NCBI GenBank assembly: GCA_964645835.1
Contig: CAZYDG010000080.1
Span: 1-64,000, forward strand
Direction: 5' to 3'
Length of the DNA: 64,000 bases
Source of the DNA: an uncultured Syntrophaceae bacterium
GTDB lineage: Bacteria; Desulfobacterota; Syntrophia; Syntrophales; UBA8958
The notes under the pieces were generated by a model. The model did not search any database. It saw only the letters and a program-made list of their open reading frames with translations, and was not told the DNA's origin. Below, one piece after another: positions 9,072 through 18,636 of the stretch (position 1 is the stretch's first letter; the number at the start of each line of letters is the position of its first letter). A program made the translations under genes and the position numbers.

Positions 9072-11483
9072 ATGGATAATAAGAAGTTGGTCTTGTGGTT
9101 TGATGAGCTTCAACTCAGTGATATCCCCGAGGTCGGCGGTAAAAATGCCTCTCTGGGAGAAATGAGAAGAGAATTGCGTCCAAAGGGCGTAAATATTCCC
9201 GACGGCTATGCCGTTACGGCATATGCCTATCGTTATCTTCTGTCATCTGCCGGCATTCGCGAGAAGATGCAGGAAGTCCTTTCGGACCTGGACACCCACG
9301 ATATGGACAATCTCAAGGAAAGAGGCCGGAAGGTCCGTTCCTTGATATACAATGCCGAATTCCCGGAAGACTTGAAGAAGGCTGTTCTGGACGCCTATAA
9401 AACCCTTTGTGACGAATACGGACCCGATACGGATGTTGCCGTACGCAGTTCCGCCACAGCGGAAGACCTGCCCGACGCCAGTTTTGCCGGTCAGCAGGAA
9501 ACATATCTTAATATTCGCGGTGAAGAAGCATTGCTTGAATCATGCAAGCGCTGTTTCGCCTCACTCTTTACGGACCGCGCGATTTCCTATCGCGTCGACA
9601 AGGGATTCGATCACATGTCCATCGCCCTGTCCATCGGTGTTCAGAAAATGGTCCGCTCCGATCTGGCAGCATCCGGCGTCATCTTTTCCATTGATACGGA
9701 ATCGGGCTTCAAGGATGCCATCCTGATTACGGGCGCCTACGGTCTGGGCGAAACGGTAGTGCAGGGAACGGTCAATCCCGATGAATTCTATGTCTTCAAG
9801 CCGACCTTGAAGCTGGGGCACCGGCCCATCGTGCAGAAGAAACTCGGCACTAAGGAAATTAAGATGGTCTATGCCGAGACAAAGGGTGGGGAAGCGACGG
9901 AGACCATTTCCACACCCATCGATGACCGTAGGAAATTCTGCCTGACCGATGACGAAGTCCTTCAACTCGGACGCTGGACGGCCATCATCGAAGATCATTA
10001 CTCTTCGGAAGCGGGTTATTTCAAGCCCATGGATATCGAGTGGAGCAAGGACGGAAGGACGGGGGAACTCTTCATTCTCCAGGCCCGGCCGGAAACGGTG
10101 CAATCCCAGAAAGATGCCAGTGTCATTGAGACCTATATCCTTCAACAGCAGAGCAAGCTTCTCGTGACGGGCACGGCCGTTGGGTCCAAGATCGGTGCAG
10201 GCAGAGTCAATATTATCGAAAGTGTCAACGAGATCAAAGATTTCAAAAAGGGCGAAGTGCTGGTGACAGATATGACCGACCCCGACTGGGAACCGGTCAT
10301 GAAGATCGCCGCCGCCATCGTTACCAACAAGGGCGGCCGGACCTGCCATGCGGCTATTGTCAGCCGCGAGTTGGGCGTTCCCTGTATTGTCGGTACGGAA
10401 AATGGTACAACGGCCCTTAAGGGCATCACGGAAGCCACAGTATCCTGCTCCGAAGGCGAAGTCGGCAATGTCTATGAGGGATCGTTGAAATTCGAGGTTC
10501 AGCGAATCAACGCTCAGAATCTGGAACGCCCCCGGACGAAGATCATGCTTAATGTGGGCAATCCCGAAAATGCTTTCAACCTCGCCGCCATACCGAACGA
10601 CGGTGTGGGCCTTGCCCGGTTGGAATTCATCATCAACCAGTACATCAGTATTCATCCCATGGCCCTGATCCAGTTTGACAAGGTCACGGACAAAGAGGTC
10701 CGCAAGAAGATCGAGGATTCTACATACGGCTATGCAAACCGGTCGGATTTCTTCGTCGACAAGCTGGCCCAGGGCGTTGCCAAGATCGGTGCCGCCTTCT
10801 ATCCCAATGACGTCATCGTCCGGATGAGCGATTTCAAAAGCAACGAGTATGCAAATCTTGTGGGCGGCTCCTACTTCGAACCGCAAGAAGAAAACCCCAT
10901 GATCGGTTTCCGCGGCGCCTCCCGTTATTACGACGAGCGCTACCGTGATGCCTTCGCCCTTGAATGCGAGGCCATGTTGAAAGTCCGAAACGAGATGGGC
11001 CTCACAAACGTCAAGCTCATGATTCCCTTCTGCCGTACCGTGGATGAAGGAAAGAAAGTTGTCGCCGTCATGGCGGACCGCGGTCTCGTCCAAGGTGAAA
11101 ACGGACTAGAAATCTACATGATGGTCGAAATTCCGAGCAACGTTATCCTCATCGAAGAGTTCGGCAAGGTCTTCGACGGATTCTCCATCGGTTCCAACGA
11201 CCTCACACAGCTGACCCTGGGACTTGACCGGGATTCCTTCCTGGTTACCCATATCTTTGACGAACGGAATCAGGCGGTCCTGGATCTCGTGCAGGATGCC
11301 ATTACGAAGGCCAATAAGATGGGCAAGAAGATAGGTATATGCGGGCAGGCGCCGAGCGATTATCCCGAGTTCGCCCGGTTCCTTGTGGAATGCGGCATCA
11401 GCAGCATTTCGCTGAATTCCGATACAGTGATCAAAACCACCCTGGACATCAAGGAAACGGAGAAATCTCTCGGGATTGTATAA
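9072..11483 (+). CDS. ppsA: Phosphoenolpyruvate synthase (pyruvate, water dikinase)
   Basis: 803 aa. N-terminal ATP-grasp region, central phosphohistidine domain (GGRTCHAAIVSRELGVPCIVG), C-terminal PEP-utilising TIM barrel. RBS GGGAGGA. Confidence 0.92.
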   Translation: MDNKKLVLWFDELQLSDIPEVGGKNASLGEMRRELRPKGVNIPDGYAVTAYAYRYLLSSAGIREKMQEVLSDLDTHDMDNLKERGRKVRSLIYNAEFPEDLKKAVLDAYKTLCDEYGPDTDVAVRSSATAEDLPDASFAGQQETYLNIRGEEALLESCKRCFASLFTDRAISYRVDKGFDHMSIALSIGVQKMVRSDLAASGVIFSIDTESGFKDAILITGAYGLGETVVQGTVNPDEFYVFKPTLKLGHRPIVQKKLGTKEIKMVYAETKGGEATETISTPIDDRRKFCLTDDEVLQLGRWTAIIEDHYSSEAGYFKPMDIEWSKDGRTGELFILQARPETVQSQKDASVIETYILQQQSKLLVTGTAVGSKIGAGRVNIIESVNEIKDFKKGEVLVTDMTDPDWEPVMKIAAAIVTNKGGRTCHAAIVSRELGVPCIVGTENGTTALKGITEATVSCSEGEVGNVYEGSLKFEVQRINAQNLERPRTKIMLNVGNPENAFNLAAIPNDGVGLARLEFIINQYISIHPMALIQFDKVTDKEVRKKIEDSTYGYANRSDFFVDKLAQGVAKIGAAFYPNDVIVRMSDFKSNEYANLVGGSYFEPQEENPMIGFRGASRYYDERYRDAFALECEAMLKVRNEMGLTNVKLMIPFCRTVDEGKKVVAVMADRGLVQGENGLEIYMMVEIPSNVILIEEFGKVFDGFSIGSNDLTQLTLGLDRDSFLVTHIFDERNQAVLDLVQDAITKANKMGKKIGICGQAPSDYPEFARFLVECGISSISLNSDTVIKTTLDIKETEKSLGIV

Positions 11484-11629
11484 AAAAATCCGGCATGCAT
11501 CCCCGTTGGGCAATTTGAATCAAATATGCTCAATGGGGGTGCAATCGATGTTGCAATCCGTCATACCAGGGATTCACATCGGTGATTCTCCTGTAAAAGG
11601 CAAAGGCGGGTGTAAGAATGGCGATTAAA

Positions 11630-11656
11630 GGGCGGCTTGAAAAACCGCCCTTTTTT
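11630..11656 (+). terminator. Terminator-like hairpin plus T-run immediately upstream of the next gene RBS (possible attenuator or 3' end of a small RNA)
   Basis: gggcggcttgaaaaaccgccc followed by TTTTTT, about 15 nt before the ATG at 11673. Confidence 0.4.
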
Positions 11657-11672
11657 ATCATAGGGGAAGAAT

Positions 11673-13139
11673 ATGATTCATTCCATCCAGGAAAGTCCGC
11701 TCTATTCTATCGTAAACCCTCGCAGCATCGCCTTCTTCGGCGCTTCCAACAACTTCAGCCGTATGGGCTCCATCATGCTCTCCGCAATGGATGATCTCGG
11801 CTTCGAGGGGCCTGTCTATCCAATCCATCTCACGGAAAAACAAGTGCTGGGGCATCGATCCTATCCACACGTGATGGAGCTGCCCGAGATTCCAGACTTG
11901 GCAATTATAGTATTGCCGACGGAAATTGTCTGCCAAACCATGGAAGAATGCGGCAGAAAAGGCATCAAACACGCTATCGTCGTTTCCGGTGGATTCAGGG
12001 AGGCCAGCGCTGAGGGGCGGGCCATGCAAAAAGAACTGGAAGCAATCGCCGACTGCTACGGCATCCGTTTTCTCGGTCCGAATTGTTTAGGCGTTGCCAA
12101 TCCGCATCTCAAACTGAATCCCACACCTATTACGCTGGAAGGACCGCCCGGCTTTGTCGGGCTGGCTTCTCAAAGCGGCAGTTTCATCACCCAGATGTTC
12201 AATTATCTCCATCGCCATGGACTGGGGTTCAGTGCTGCTTTGAGTGTTGGAAACGAAGCCAACATCGACATCGTGGACTGTATGGAATATCTGGGCGCCT
12301 GCCCCGACACGAAGGTGATCACACTATACATTGAGGGGATCGCCAGAGGCCGGGAATTTATCGAAACGGCAAAGGCCATCGTCCCGCACAAACCGATCGT
12401 GGCCCTTTACGTCGGGGGCTCCGAGACGGGGAAGCGGGCGGGGTTTTCGCATACAGGCTCCCTGTCGGGACCTGACGAGATTTATGACGGCATGTTCCGC
12501 CAGTGTGGTATCATTCGGGCAAAAACCCTGGTGGAGCTTTTCGACTTCGCCCTTGCCTTAGGGACGATGCCACGGCCAAAGGGGAACCGGATCATCATTC
12601 AAACCCATTCAGGAGGACCCGGCGCAACGGCAGCGGATTCCTGCGGTCGAAACGGTCTTGAATTGCCCCATCTGTCGAAGGAAACGGTGGAAAAACTGCG
12701 GCCCCTGATTCCACGGACAGCCAGTACGGCAAATCCTGTGGACATGACCTTCAGTAAGAATTTTATGGACGATTTCTTTAAGATTCCCGACATCTTGCTG
12801 CAGGAAAAGGAAGCGGATATGTTGATGGTGTATTTTCTTTCCCCGGGGATATTCATTGATCGATTCATGGAAAATATGAAAATTCCTCCGGATCAGATCC
12901 CGGAGGCGGCGGCAAAAATCATCAGGCAGCATACGGATGCCTTTTTCAGCCTTACTCGGATTCATGACAAGCCGATCATCGGCTTTACTTACCGGAGTTT
13001 ACAGGAGCAGATGGTTCGGGATCTGCTGGATCGGGGCATACCCATCTACGCCGACCCGGAACGGGCGGCGAGGGCTATAGCGGCTGTTCTCGCCTATTAC
13101 CGCATGCGGGATGGAATAGTCTCGGAGGAGGACCGGTAG
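11673..13139 (+). CDS. NDP-forming acyl-CoA synthetase family protein (CoA-binding plus succinyl-CoA-synthetase-like flavodoxin domains)
   Basis: 488 aa. N-terminal CoA-binding Rossmann region (IAFFGASNN...VVSGGF) followed by a ligase-CoA domain, as in acetate--CoA ligase (ADP-forming) alpha-type subunits. Confidence 0.7.
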   Translation: MIHSIQESPLYSIVNPRSIAFFGASNNFSRMGSIMLSAMDDLGFEGPVYPIHLTEKQVLGHRSYPHVMELPEIPDLAIIVLPTEIVCQTMEECGRKGIKHAIVVSGGFREASAEGRAMQKELEAIADCYGIRFLGPNCLGVANPHLKLNPTPITLEGPPGFVGLASQSGSFITQMFNYLHRHGLGFSAALSVGNEANIDIVDCMEYLGACPDTKVITLYIEGIARGREFIETAKAIVPHKPIVALYVGGSETGKRAGFSHTGSLSGPDEIYDGMFRQCGIIRAKTLVELFDFALALGTMPRPKGNRIIIQTHSGGPGATAADSCGRNGLELPHLSKETVEKLRPLIPRTASTANPVDMTFSKNFMDDFFKIPDILLQEKEADMLMVYFLSPGIFIDRFMENMKIPPDQIPEAAAKIIRQHTDAFFSLTRIHDKPIIGFTYRSLQEQMVRDLLDRGIPIYADPERAARAIAAVLAYYRMRDGIVSEEDR

Positions 13140-13179
13140 CGGCGTTACTTTAGCAGACTGTTGAAAAACTCTATCTTGG

Positions 13180-13302
13180 CCAGGCTGTTCAAAAATGTCC
13201 AGATGCAAGGCGCGCAAAAGCTGAGGAATGAGTCGTACATAGAGGTACGTCGATTGACGAGGCTTGCAGCGTAACGCAGCAGATGGGCGTTTTTCAACAG
13301 CC
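13180..13302 (+). mobile_element. MITE-like element, copy 1 (about 123 bp, imperfect terminal inverted repeats CAGGCTGTTCAAAAATG / CGTTTTTCAACAGCCTG)
   Basis: Near-identical to the reverse complement of 29973-30120. Its own ends are inverted repeats. No coding capacity. Confidence 0.5.
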
Positions 13303-13318
13303 TGTGGGAGAAGCGTTC

Positions 13319-14539
13319 ATGGCGGATGAAGACATTGCAAGACTGAAAATAGAAGCATCTGAGAAGAAGATCGGGGGAAGAAAGAAAAGGACGAAGGCGT
13401 TCGTGTTTGCCGTGGTTATTGCCGTCTTAGTGATCATCGGCAGCCTTTACGCTCTGGGTGTCATCGCCCCGGCCATAACGGTCGATGTGACAACCGTATC
13501 CCGCATATATCCCGCCCAATCACTGTCTCTGCTGAACGCCAGCGGCTATATTGTCGCCCAGCGGAAGGCTGCCGTGGCCTCCAAAGTTACTGGGCGTTTG
13601 ATTGCCATGTCTGTGGAGGAAGGAAGTCGCGTGCGGGAAGGACAGGTAATTGCCCGAATGGAGAATGCCGACGTGACCGCAGGAAGGGATCAGGCCGCCG
13701 CCAATGTGAAAAATCTGCAGGCTACGCTCGATCAGGCCAAGGCGGATAGGGACAATGCTCTCGCAGAATATCGCCGTTATAAAAAACTGCTTGCCGGCGA
13801 GTTTGTATCAAAATCGGATTACGATACGGTGGAAACCCGTGCCATACGGACAGCGGAAGTGGTGAAGGCTGCGGAGGCAGCCCTTCGGGCCGGGGGCGCA
13901 GCCCTGCGAAACGCCGAAGCCTCTGTGGAATACACAGTTGTCCGTGCCCCCTTCGATGCTGTCGTGTTGACCAAAAATGCCGATATCGGCGACATCGTGA
14001 CACCCATCGGCTCTGCGGCCAATGCCAAGGCCGCTGTCGTGACCATTGCGGATATGAATTCTCTCCAGGTGGAAATCGACGTCTCGGAGACGAGTATTAC
14101 GGCCGTTCGCCAGGGACAACCCTGCGACATCCAGCTCGATGCCCTGCCGGACCAGCGATTCCGGGGTAAGGTCCACGCCATTGTCCCGACAGTTGACCGA
14201 TCCAAGGCGACCGTCATGGTCAAGGTCAGTTTTCTTGACAAAGACCAGCGCATGCTGCCGGATATGAGCGCCAAGGTCTCCTTCCTGTCCCGGGACCTGA
14301 AACCTGACGAGTTGAAACCCCGTCTGGCGGTAAACCAGTCGGCCCTGATTACTCGGAACGGCAAGACCTTTGCGTATCTCGTCAAGGAAAACCGGGTGAT
14401 GGAAAGGCCTGTCGTGGTGGCGGTAAAACTGGGCGATATGACGGAAGTCGTCTCGGGATTGACCCAGGGAGACCGGGTTGTTGTCAAGCCGCCGCAGGGG
14501 CTCAAAGATGGGTCGAAGATCAAGATTGCTGAACGATAG
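13319..14539 (+). CDS. Efflux transporter periplasmic adaptor subunit (HlyD/MacA family)
   Basis: N-terminal TM anchor, coiled-coil, then beta-barrel/lipoyl-like domains. RBS GGGAGAAG before ATG 13319 (the ORF track starts at 13283, inside the MITE). Confidence 0.8.
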   Translation: MADEDIARLKIEASEKKIGGRKKRTKAFVFAVVIAVLVIIGSLYALGVIAPAITVDVTTVSRIYPAQSLSLLNASGYIVAQRKAAVASKVTGRLIAMSVEEGSRVREGQVIARMENADVTAGRDQAAANVKNLQATLDQAKADRDNALAEYRRYKKLLAGEFVSKSDYDTVETRAIRTAEVVKAAEAALRAGGAALRNAEASVEYTVVRAPFDAVVLTKNADIGDIVTPIGSAANAKAAVVTIADMNSLQVEIDVSETSITAVRQGQPCDIQLDALPDQRFRGKVHAIVPTVDRSKATVMVKVSFLDKDQRMLPDMSAKVSFLSRDLKPDELKPRLAVNQSALITRNGKTFAYLVKENRVMERPVVVAVKLGDMTEVVSGLTQGDRVVVKPPQGLKDGSKIKIAER

Positions 14540-14548
14540 TTTATATCC

Positions 14549-15256
14549 ATGACCGACCCCAAACAAAACATCGTCGAAATCAGGCATCTCTACAAGGCCT
14601 ATCACCGGGAAAACCTTGTTGTGCCCGTTCTGCACGATATTACCTTCGACATCGCCGACGGCGAATTCCTGTCGCTGATGGGACCGTCCGGATCGGGTAA
14701 GACGACACTCCTGAATCTTCTGGCCGGGATCGACAAAGCGGATCAAGGCACAATCCACATAGGCGGCACGGATATTACAACCCTTTCTGAGACGGAACTG
14801 GCCCACTGGCGGGCCAATCATGTAGGTTTCATCTTCCAGTTCTACAACCTGATTCCGGTCCTTAAGGCTATCGAGAACGTCGAACTTCCCCTTCATTTGA
14901 CCTCGCTTACCGGCAGAAGCAGGCGGGAGCATGCCGAAACGGCCCTGCGCATGGTTGGTCTGGCCCATCGGATGGATCATTACCCCAAGGAGATGTCCGG
15001 CGGGGAACAACAGCGGGTGGCCATCGCCCGCGCCATCGTCACGGACCCGGCCATCCTCGTCGCCGACGAGCCGACGGGGGATCTGGACCGCGTCTCCGCG
15101 GAGGAAATTCTGGACATGATGGAACGCCTCAACGCGGATATGGGCAAAACGATCATCATGGTCACCCATGACCCCAGGGCGGCGTCGCGGGCGAAGGTCC
15201 TTCGGCACCTGGATAAGGGATATCTCATCGATGCTCCTGATCAAAATCCTCTTTAG
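14549..15256 (+). CDS. ABC transporter ATP-binding protein (MacB/LolD-like)
   Basis: Walker A GPSGSGKTT, ABC signature MSGGEQQRVAIARA, Walker B ILVADEPTGDLD. Confidence 0.9.
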   Translation: MTDPKQNIVEIRHLYKAYHRENLVVPVLHDITFDIADGEFLSLMGPSGSGKTTLLNLLAGIDKADQGTIHIGGTDITTLSETELAHWRANHVGFIFQFYNLIPVLKAIENVELPLHLTSLTGRSRREHAETALRMVGLAHRMDHYPKEMSGGEQQRVAIARAIVTDPAILVADEPTGDLDRVSAEEILDMMERLNADMGKTIIMVTHDPRAASRAKVLRHLDKGYLIDAPDQNPL

Positions 15257-16388
15257 GAACGCATTTCACAACAAGCTTCGCAGCGGCTTGACCATTTTCG
15301 GCATCGCCGTGGCCATCCTTGCCTTCGGCCTCCTTCGGACGGTCATCGGCGCCTGGTATGCCGGTGTCGAAGCTGCATCGACGTCACGCCTTGTCACCAG
15401 GAATGCCATTTCAATCATTTTTACGCTGCCCATTTCCTATAATGAAAAGATCCGCCAGATCGAGGGCGTGAAGAGGGTGTCCTATGGTAACTGGTTCGGC
15501 GGCATTTACATTGACGAGAAGAATTTCTTCCCCAATTTTTGTGTCGATGCCAAGACCTACTTTGATATTTATCCTGAATTCGCCCTTGCGCCCCAGGAGA
15601 AAAAGGCATTCCTGGCGGATCGGAAAGGCTTTGTCGCCGGACGGAAACTGGCCGCAAAATATGGATGGAAGATCGGTGATATAGTTACCCTCAAGGGGAC
15701 CATCTATCCGGGCAACTGGGATTTTGTCCTCCGGGGTATCTACAAAGGCAGGGATGAAACGGCGGACGAGACCCAATTCTATTTCCATTGGGATTACCTG
15801 AACGAAACCATGAAAAAAACGATGCCTCAGAGGGCAGATCAGGTGGGATTTTACATGATCGCCGTCACGAGGCCCGATGTGTCCGCCGACGTGGCCCTGG
15901 CCGTGGATCGGACTTTTAAAAACTCCCTTGCCGAGACGCTGACGGAAACGGAAAAGGCATTCAACCAAGGTTTTATTGCCATGAGTGGGGCCATCATCAC
16001 GGCCATTCAGATGGTCTCCTTTGTGGTTATTATCATCATCATGGCCGTCGTTGCCAATACGATGGCCATGACCACCCGGGAACGGCTCGGCGATTATGCG
16101 ATCATGAAAACCCTGGGATTTGGCAGCGGTTCCATTTCCGTCCTCATCTTCGGGGAATCCCTTGTCATCACCCTGACGGGCGGCCTTGCGGGAATGGCCC
16201 TGACCTTTCCCGCCGCGAAGGCCTTCGGCCATTCCCTTTCCATGTACTTTCCCGTTTTTCGCGTGGCAACGGATACGATCTACCTCGACCTTTTGGCGGC
16301 GTTCATCATCGCCTTCTGCGCTGCCCTCATCCCTACGCGCCATGCAATCAAGATCGGCATTGCCGATGGACTCCGGAGGATCGGATAG
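15231..16388 (+). CDS. ABC transporter permease, FtsX-like (MacB/LolC-type)
   Basis: N-terminal TM, large periplasmic domain, three C-terminal TMs typical of FtsX/MacB permeases. Overlaps the ATPase gene end. Confidence 0.8.
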   Translation: MLLIKILFRNAFHNKLRSGLTIFGIAVAILAFGLLRTVIGAWYAGVEAASTSRLVTRNAISIIFTLPISYNEKIRQIEGVKRVSYGNWFGGIYIDEKNFFPNFCVDAKTYFDIYPEFALAPQEKKAFLADRKGFVAGRKLAAKYGWKIGDIVTLKGTIYPGNWDFVLRGIYKGRDETADETQFYFHWDYLNETMKKTMPQRADQVGFYMIAVTRPDVSADVALAVDRTFKNSLAETLTETEKAFNQGFIAMSGAIITAIQMVSFVVIIIIMAVVANTMAMTTRERLGDYAIMKTLGFGSGSISVLIFGESLVITLTGGLAGMALTFPAAKAFGHSLSMYFPVFRVATDTIYLDLLAAFIIAFCAALIPTRHAIKIGIADGLRRIG

Positions 16389-17563
16389 TGGCCGTCCCTT
16401 TGTCTTACAGCGCCCGGAATCTTTGGAAACGCAGGATGACGACAATCCTGACCATCTCCGGCATGGCCCTGGTCGTCTTCGTCTTCGCCGCAGTTCTGAT
16501 GATGGCCGAGGGCCTCCAGAAGACCCTTGTGGAGATGGGCGCCTATGATAATGTCGTTGTCTTCCGTAAGGGGTCGACGTCGGAGGTCATGAGCAGTATC
16601 GAGCGCAAACAGGCTGCCATTGTGGAAATGATTCCCCAGGCCGCTGCAGGTCCTGACGGGAAACCGCTGTTGGCCAAGGAGGTCGTGGTCCTGATCGCCT
16701 TGCAGAAAAAGGGGGCTGCCAAGACGGCAAGCCACTCCAATATCGTGGTCCGCGGTGTACAGGAAGCATCGCTCCCATTGCGGCCACAGGTCAAACTCGT
16801 CTCGGGACGGCTTTTTAGAATGGGGTCATCGGAAATCATTGTCGGCAACAGTATTGCCAAGAACTTCAAAGGAGTCGGCCTTCAGGAGACTCTCCATTGG
16901 GGGCATCGGACTTGGACCGTCGTGGGGATTTTCGATGCGGGAAATACGGGATTCAGCTCCGAGATCTGGGGTGATGTGGACCAGGTCATGCAGGCCTTCC
17001 GGCGGCCCGTTTATTCGTCGATTATCTTCAAGCTCCAGGTCCCCGACGCCTACCAGGCCGCCAAATCGACACTGGAGAAGGACCCGCGCCTGACCCTGGA
17101 AGCCAAGCGGGAGACGACCTATTATCTCGATCAGTCAAAGATGATGGCCAAGTTCCTCCGCATTCTCGGCCTGTCCCTGACGATCATCTTTTCCATCGGG
17201 GCGGTCATCGGCGCAATGATCACCATGTATTCCGCCGTGGCCAACCGGATCGGGGAAATCGGCACCCTCCGGTCCCTGGGCTTCCTGCGGCGCGCCATTC
17301 TCCTGGCTTTCCTTGCCGAGTCGCTCCTTTTGGGTGGGATAGGAGGCGTCGTCGGCCTTTTCTGCGCCTCTTTCATGCAATTGATTACCGTCTCGACGGT
17401 GAACTTCCAAACCTTTTCGGAACTGGCCTTCAAGTTCACCCTCACGTGGCCAATCATCTTTCAGTCAATGGCCTTTTCGCTGTTCATGGGCCTCATAGGC
17501 GGCCTGCTGCCGGCCTTCCGCGCTGCCCGCATGAACATTGTCGAGGCACTCCGGGCTGCATAA
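16388..17563 (+). CDS. Second ABC transporter permease, FtsX-like
   Basis: Same architecture as the preceding permease. GTG start at 16388 overlapping the upstream stop (ATG at 16436 is an alternative). Confidence 0.8.
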   Translation: MAVPLSYSARNLWKRRMTTILTISGMALVVFVFAAVLMMAEGLQKTLVEMGAYDNVVVFRKGSTSEVMSSIERKQAAIVEMIPQAAAGPDGKPLLAKEVVVLIALQKKGAAKTASHSNIVVRGVQEASLPLRPQVKLVSGRLFRMGSSEIIVGNSIAKNFKGVGLQETLHWGHRTWTVVGIFDAGNTGFSSEIWGDVDQVMQAFRRPVYSSIIFKLQVPDAYQAAKSTLEKDPRLTLEAKRETTYYLDQSKMMAKFLRILGLSLTIIFSIGAVIGAMITMYSAVANRIGEIGTLRSLGFLRRAILLAFLAESLLLGGIGGVVGLFCASFMQLITVSTVNFQTFSELAFKFTLTWPIIFQSMAFSLFMGLIGGLLPAFRAARMNIVEALRAA

Positions 17564-17582
17564 CAGTCCTGACCGGAAAAAA

Positions 17583-18590
17583 TCAAGCGTTCACATCGAC
17601 GATCAGGCGGCCGCGAACCTTGCCCGATACGATATCCTTGGCGGCGGCCTCCAAATTGTTAAGGGACAGTGTTTTTGGATTGATAAGGGTCAGGGCCTCT
17701 TCTGTCAGATCATTGACCAGTCGGTTCCATGCCTGCTTTCGCCTCGGAATGGGGCACATGACGGAATCGACGCCTCTGAGGCTCACACTGCGAAGGATAA
17801 AGGGCATGACGGTCGTCGGAAGATCCGTTCCCCCCGCAAGGCCGCAATTGGCTACACAACCGCCGTAATTGATCTCCGCCAGAACCCTTGCCAGGACCTT
17901 GCTGCCGACGGTGTCCACTGCGCCGGACCATCGCTGGGTTTCCAGAGGCAGGGGCGTCTCGTTCCATTCAGGACCCGACACTATCTCTGCCGCACCAAGG
18001 GAGTGGAGGTAATCGTGAGTGTGTTCCTGGCCCTGTGCCGTGAGAGCTGCTACCTTGTAACCCAGTTTGGCCAGTATGGCGATGGCGACGCTGCCTACGC
18101 CTCCCGCAGCGCCTGTTACGAGGACCGTACCGCTTCCCGGCAGAACGCCGGCTTCTTCAATGGTCATGATGCACAGCATGGCCGTGAAGCCCGCCGTGCC
18201 GATGATCATGGCTTTTTTCGTGTCCATCCCTTTCGCCAGAGGAACAAGCCATTTGGAGTTCACTCGGGCCTTCTGGGTGTAGCCACCCCAGAAACGTTCA
18301 CCGATACTCCATCCCGTCAGGACAACCTTATCGCCCGGTTGATACAGGGGCGATGCAGATTCCAGCACTGTCCCGGCCAGGTCGATACCGGGGACCATAG
18401 GGAACGAACGGACAATCTTGCCGACACCTGCTATGGCCATGCCGTCTTTGTAGTTCAGTGACGAATAATCGACGGCCACCAGGACGTCTCCCTCGGGCAG
18501 GTCATCAATGGTCAGCCGTTCGATGCCCTGGGTCGTTTTCCCACCTTCCTGCCGGATCACGAAAGTTTTGAATGTGTTGTCTGTAGCCAT
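17583..18590 (-). CDS. acuI: YhdH/AcuI-family MDR quinone oxidoreductase (acrylyl-CoA reductase-like)
   Basis: About 335 aa zinc-free MDR. Nucleotide-binding GAAGGVG motif. High similarity pattern to the YhdH/YhfP family. Start taken at MATDNTF. Confidence 0.8.
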   Translation of the reverse strand: MATDNTFKTFVIRQEGGKTTQGIERLTIDDLPEGDVLVAVDYSSLNYKDGMAIAGVGKIVRSFPMVPGIDLAGTVLESASPLYQPGDKVVLTGWSIGERFWGGYTQKARVNSKWLVPLAKGMDTKKAMIIGTAGFTAMLCIMTIEEAGVLPGSGTVLVTGAAGGVGSVAIAILAKLGYKVAALTAQGQEHTHDYLHSLGAAEIVSGPEWNETPLPLETQRWSGAVDTVGSKVLARVLAEINYGGCVANCGLAGGTDLPTTVMPFILRSVSLRGVDSVMCPIPRRKQAWNRLVNDLTEEALTLINPKTLSLNNLEAAAKDIVSGKVRGRLIVDVNA

Positions 18591-18636
18591 TTTTTGAGGC
18601 TCCTTTCTCATCCGATTTTTTTAGAAAGCAGCTCTT

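Noticed and set aside
9561-11093. 510-aa minus-strand ORF
   Set aside because: Antisense to ppsA, which has unambiguous homology. No protein-like features.
13808-15244. 478-aa minus-strand ORF
   Set aside because: Antisense to the adaptor and ABC ATPase genes. R/G/H-rich translation typical of GC-rich shadow frames.
15411-16445. 344-aa minus-strand ORF
   Set aside because: Antisense to the first FtsX-like permease. G/D/H-rich junk translation.
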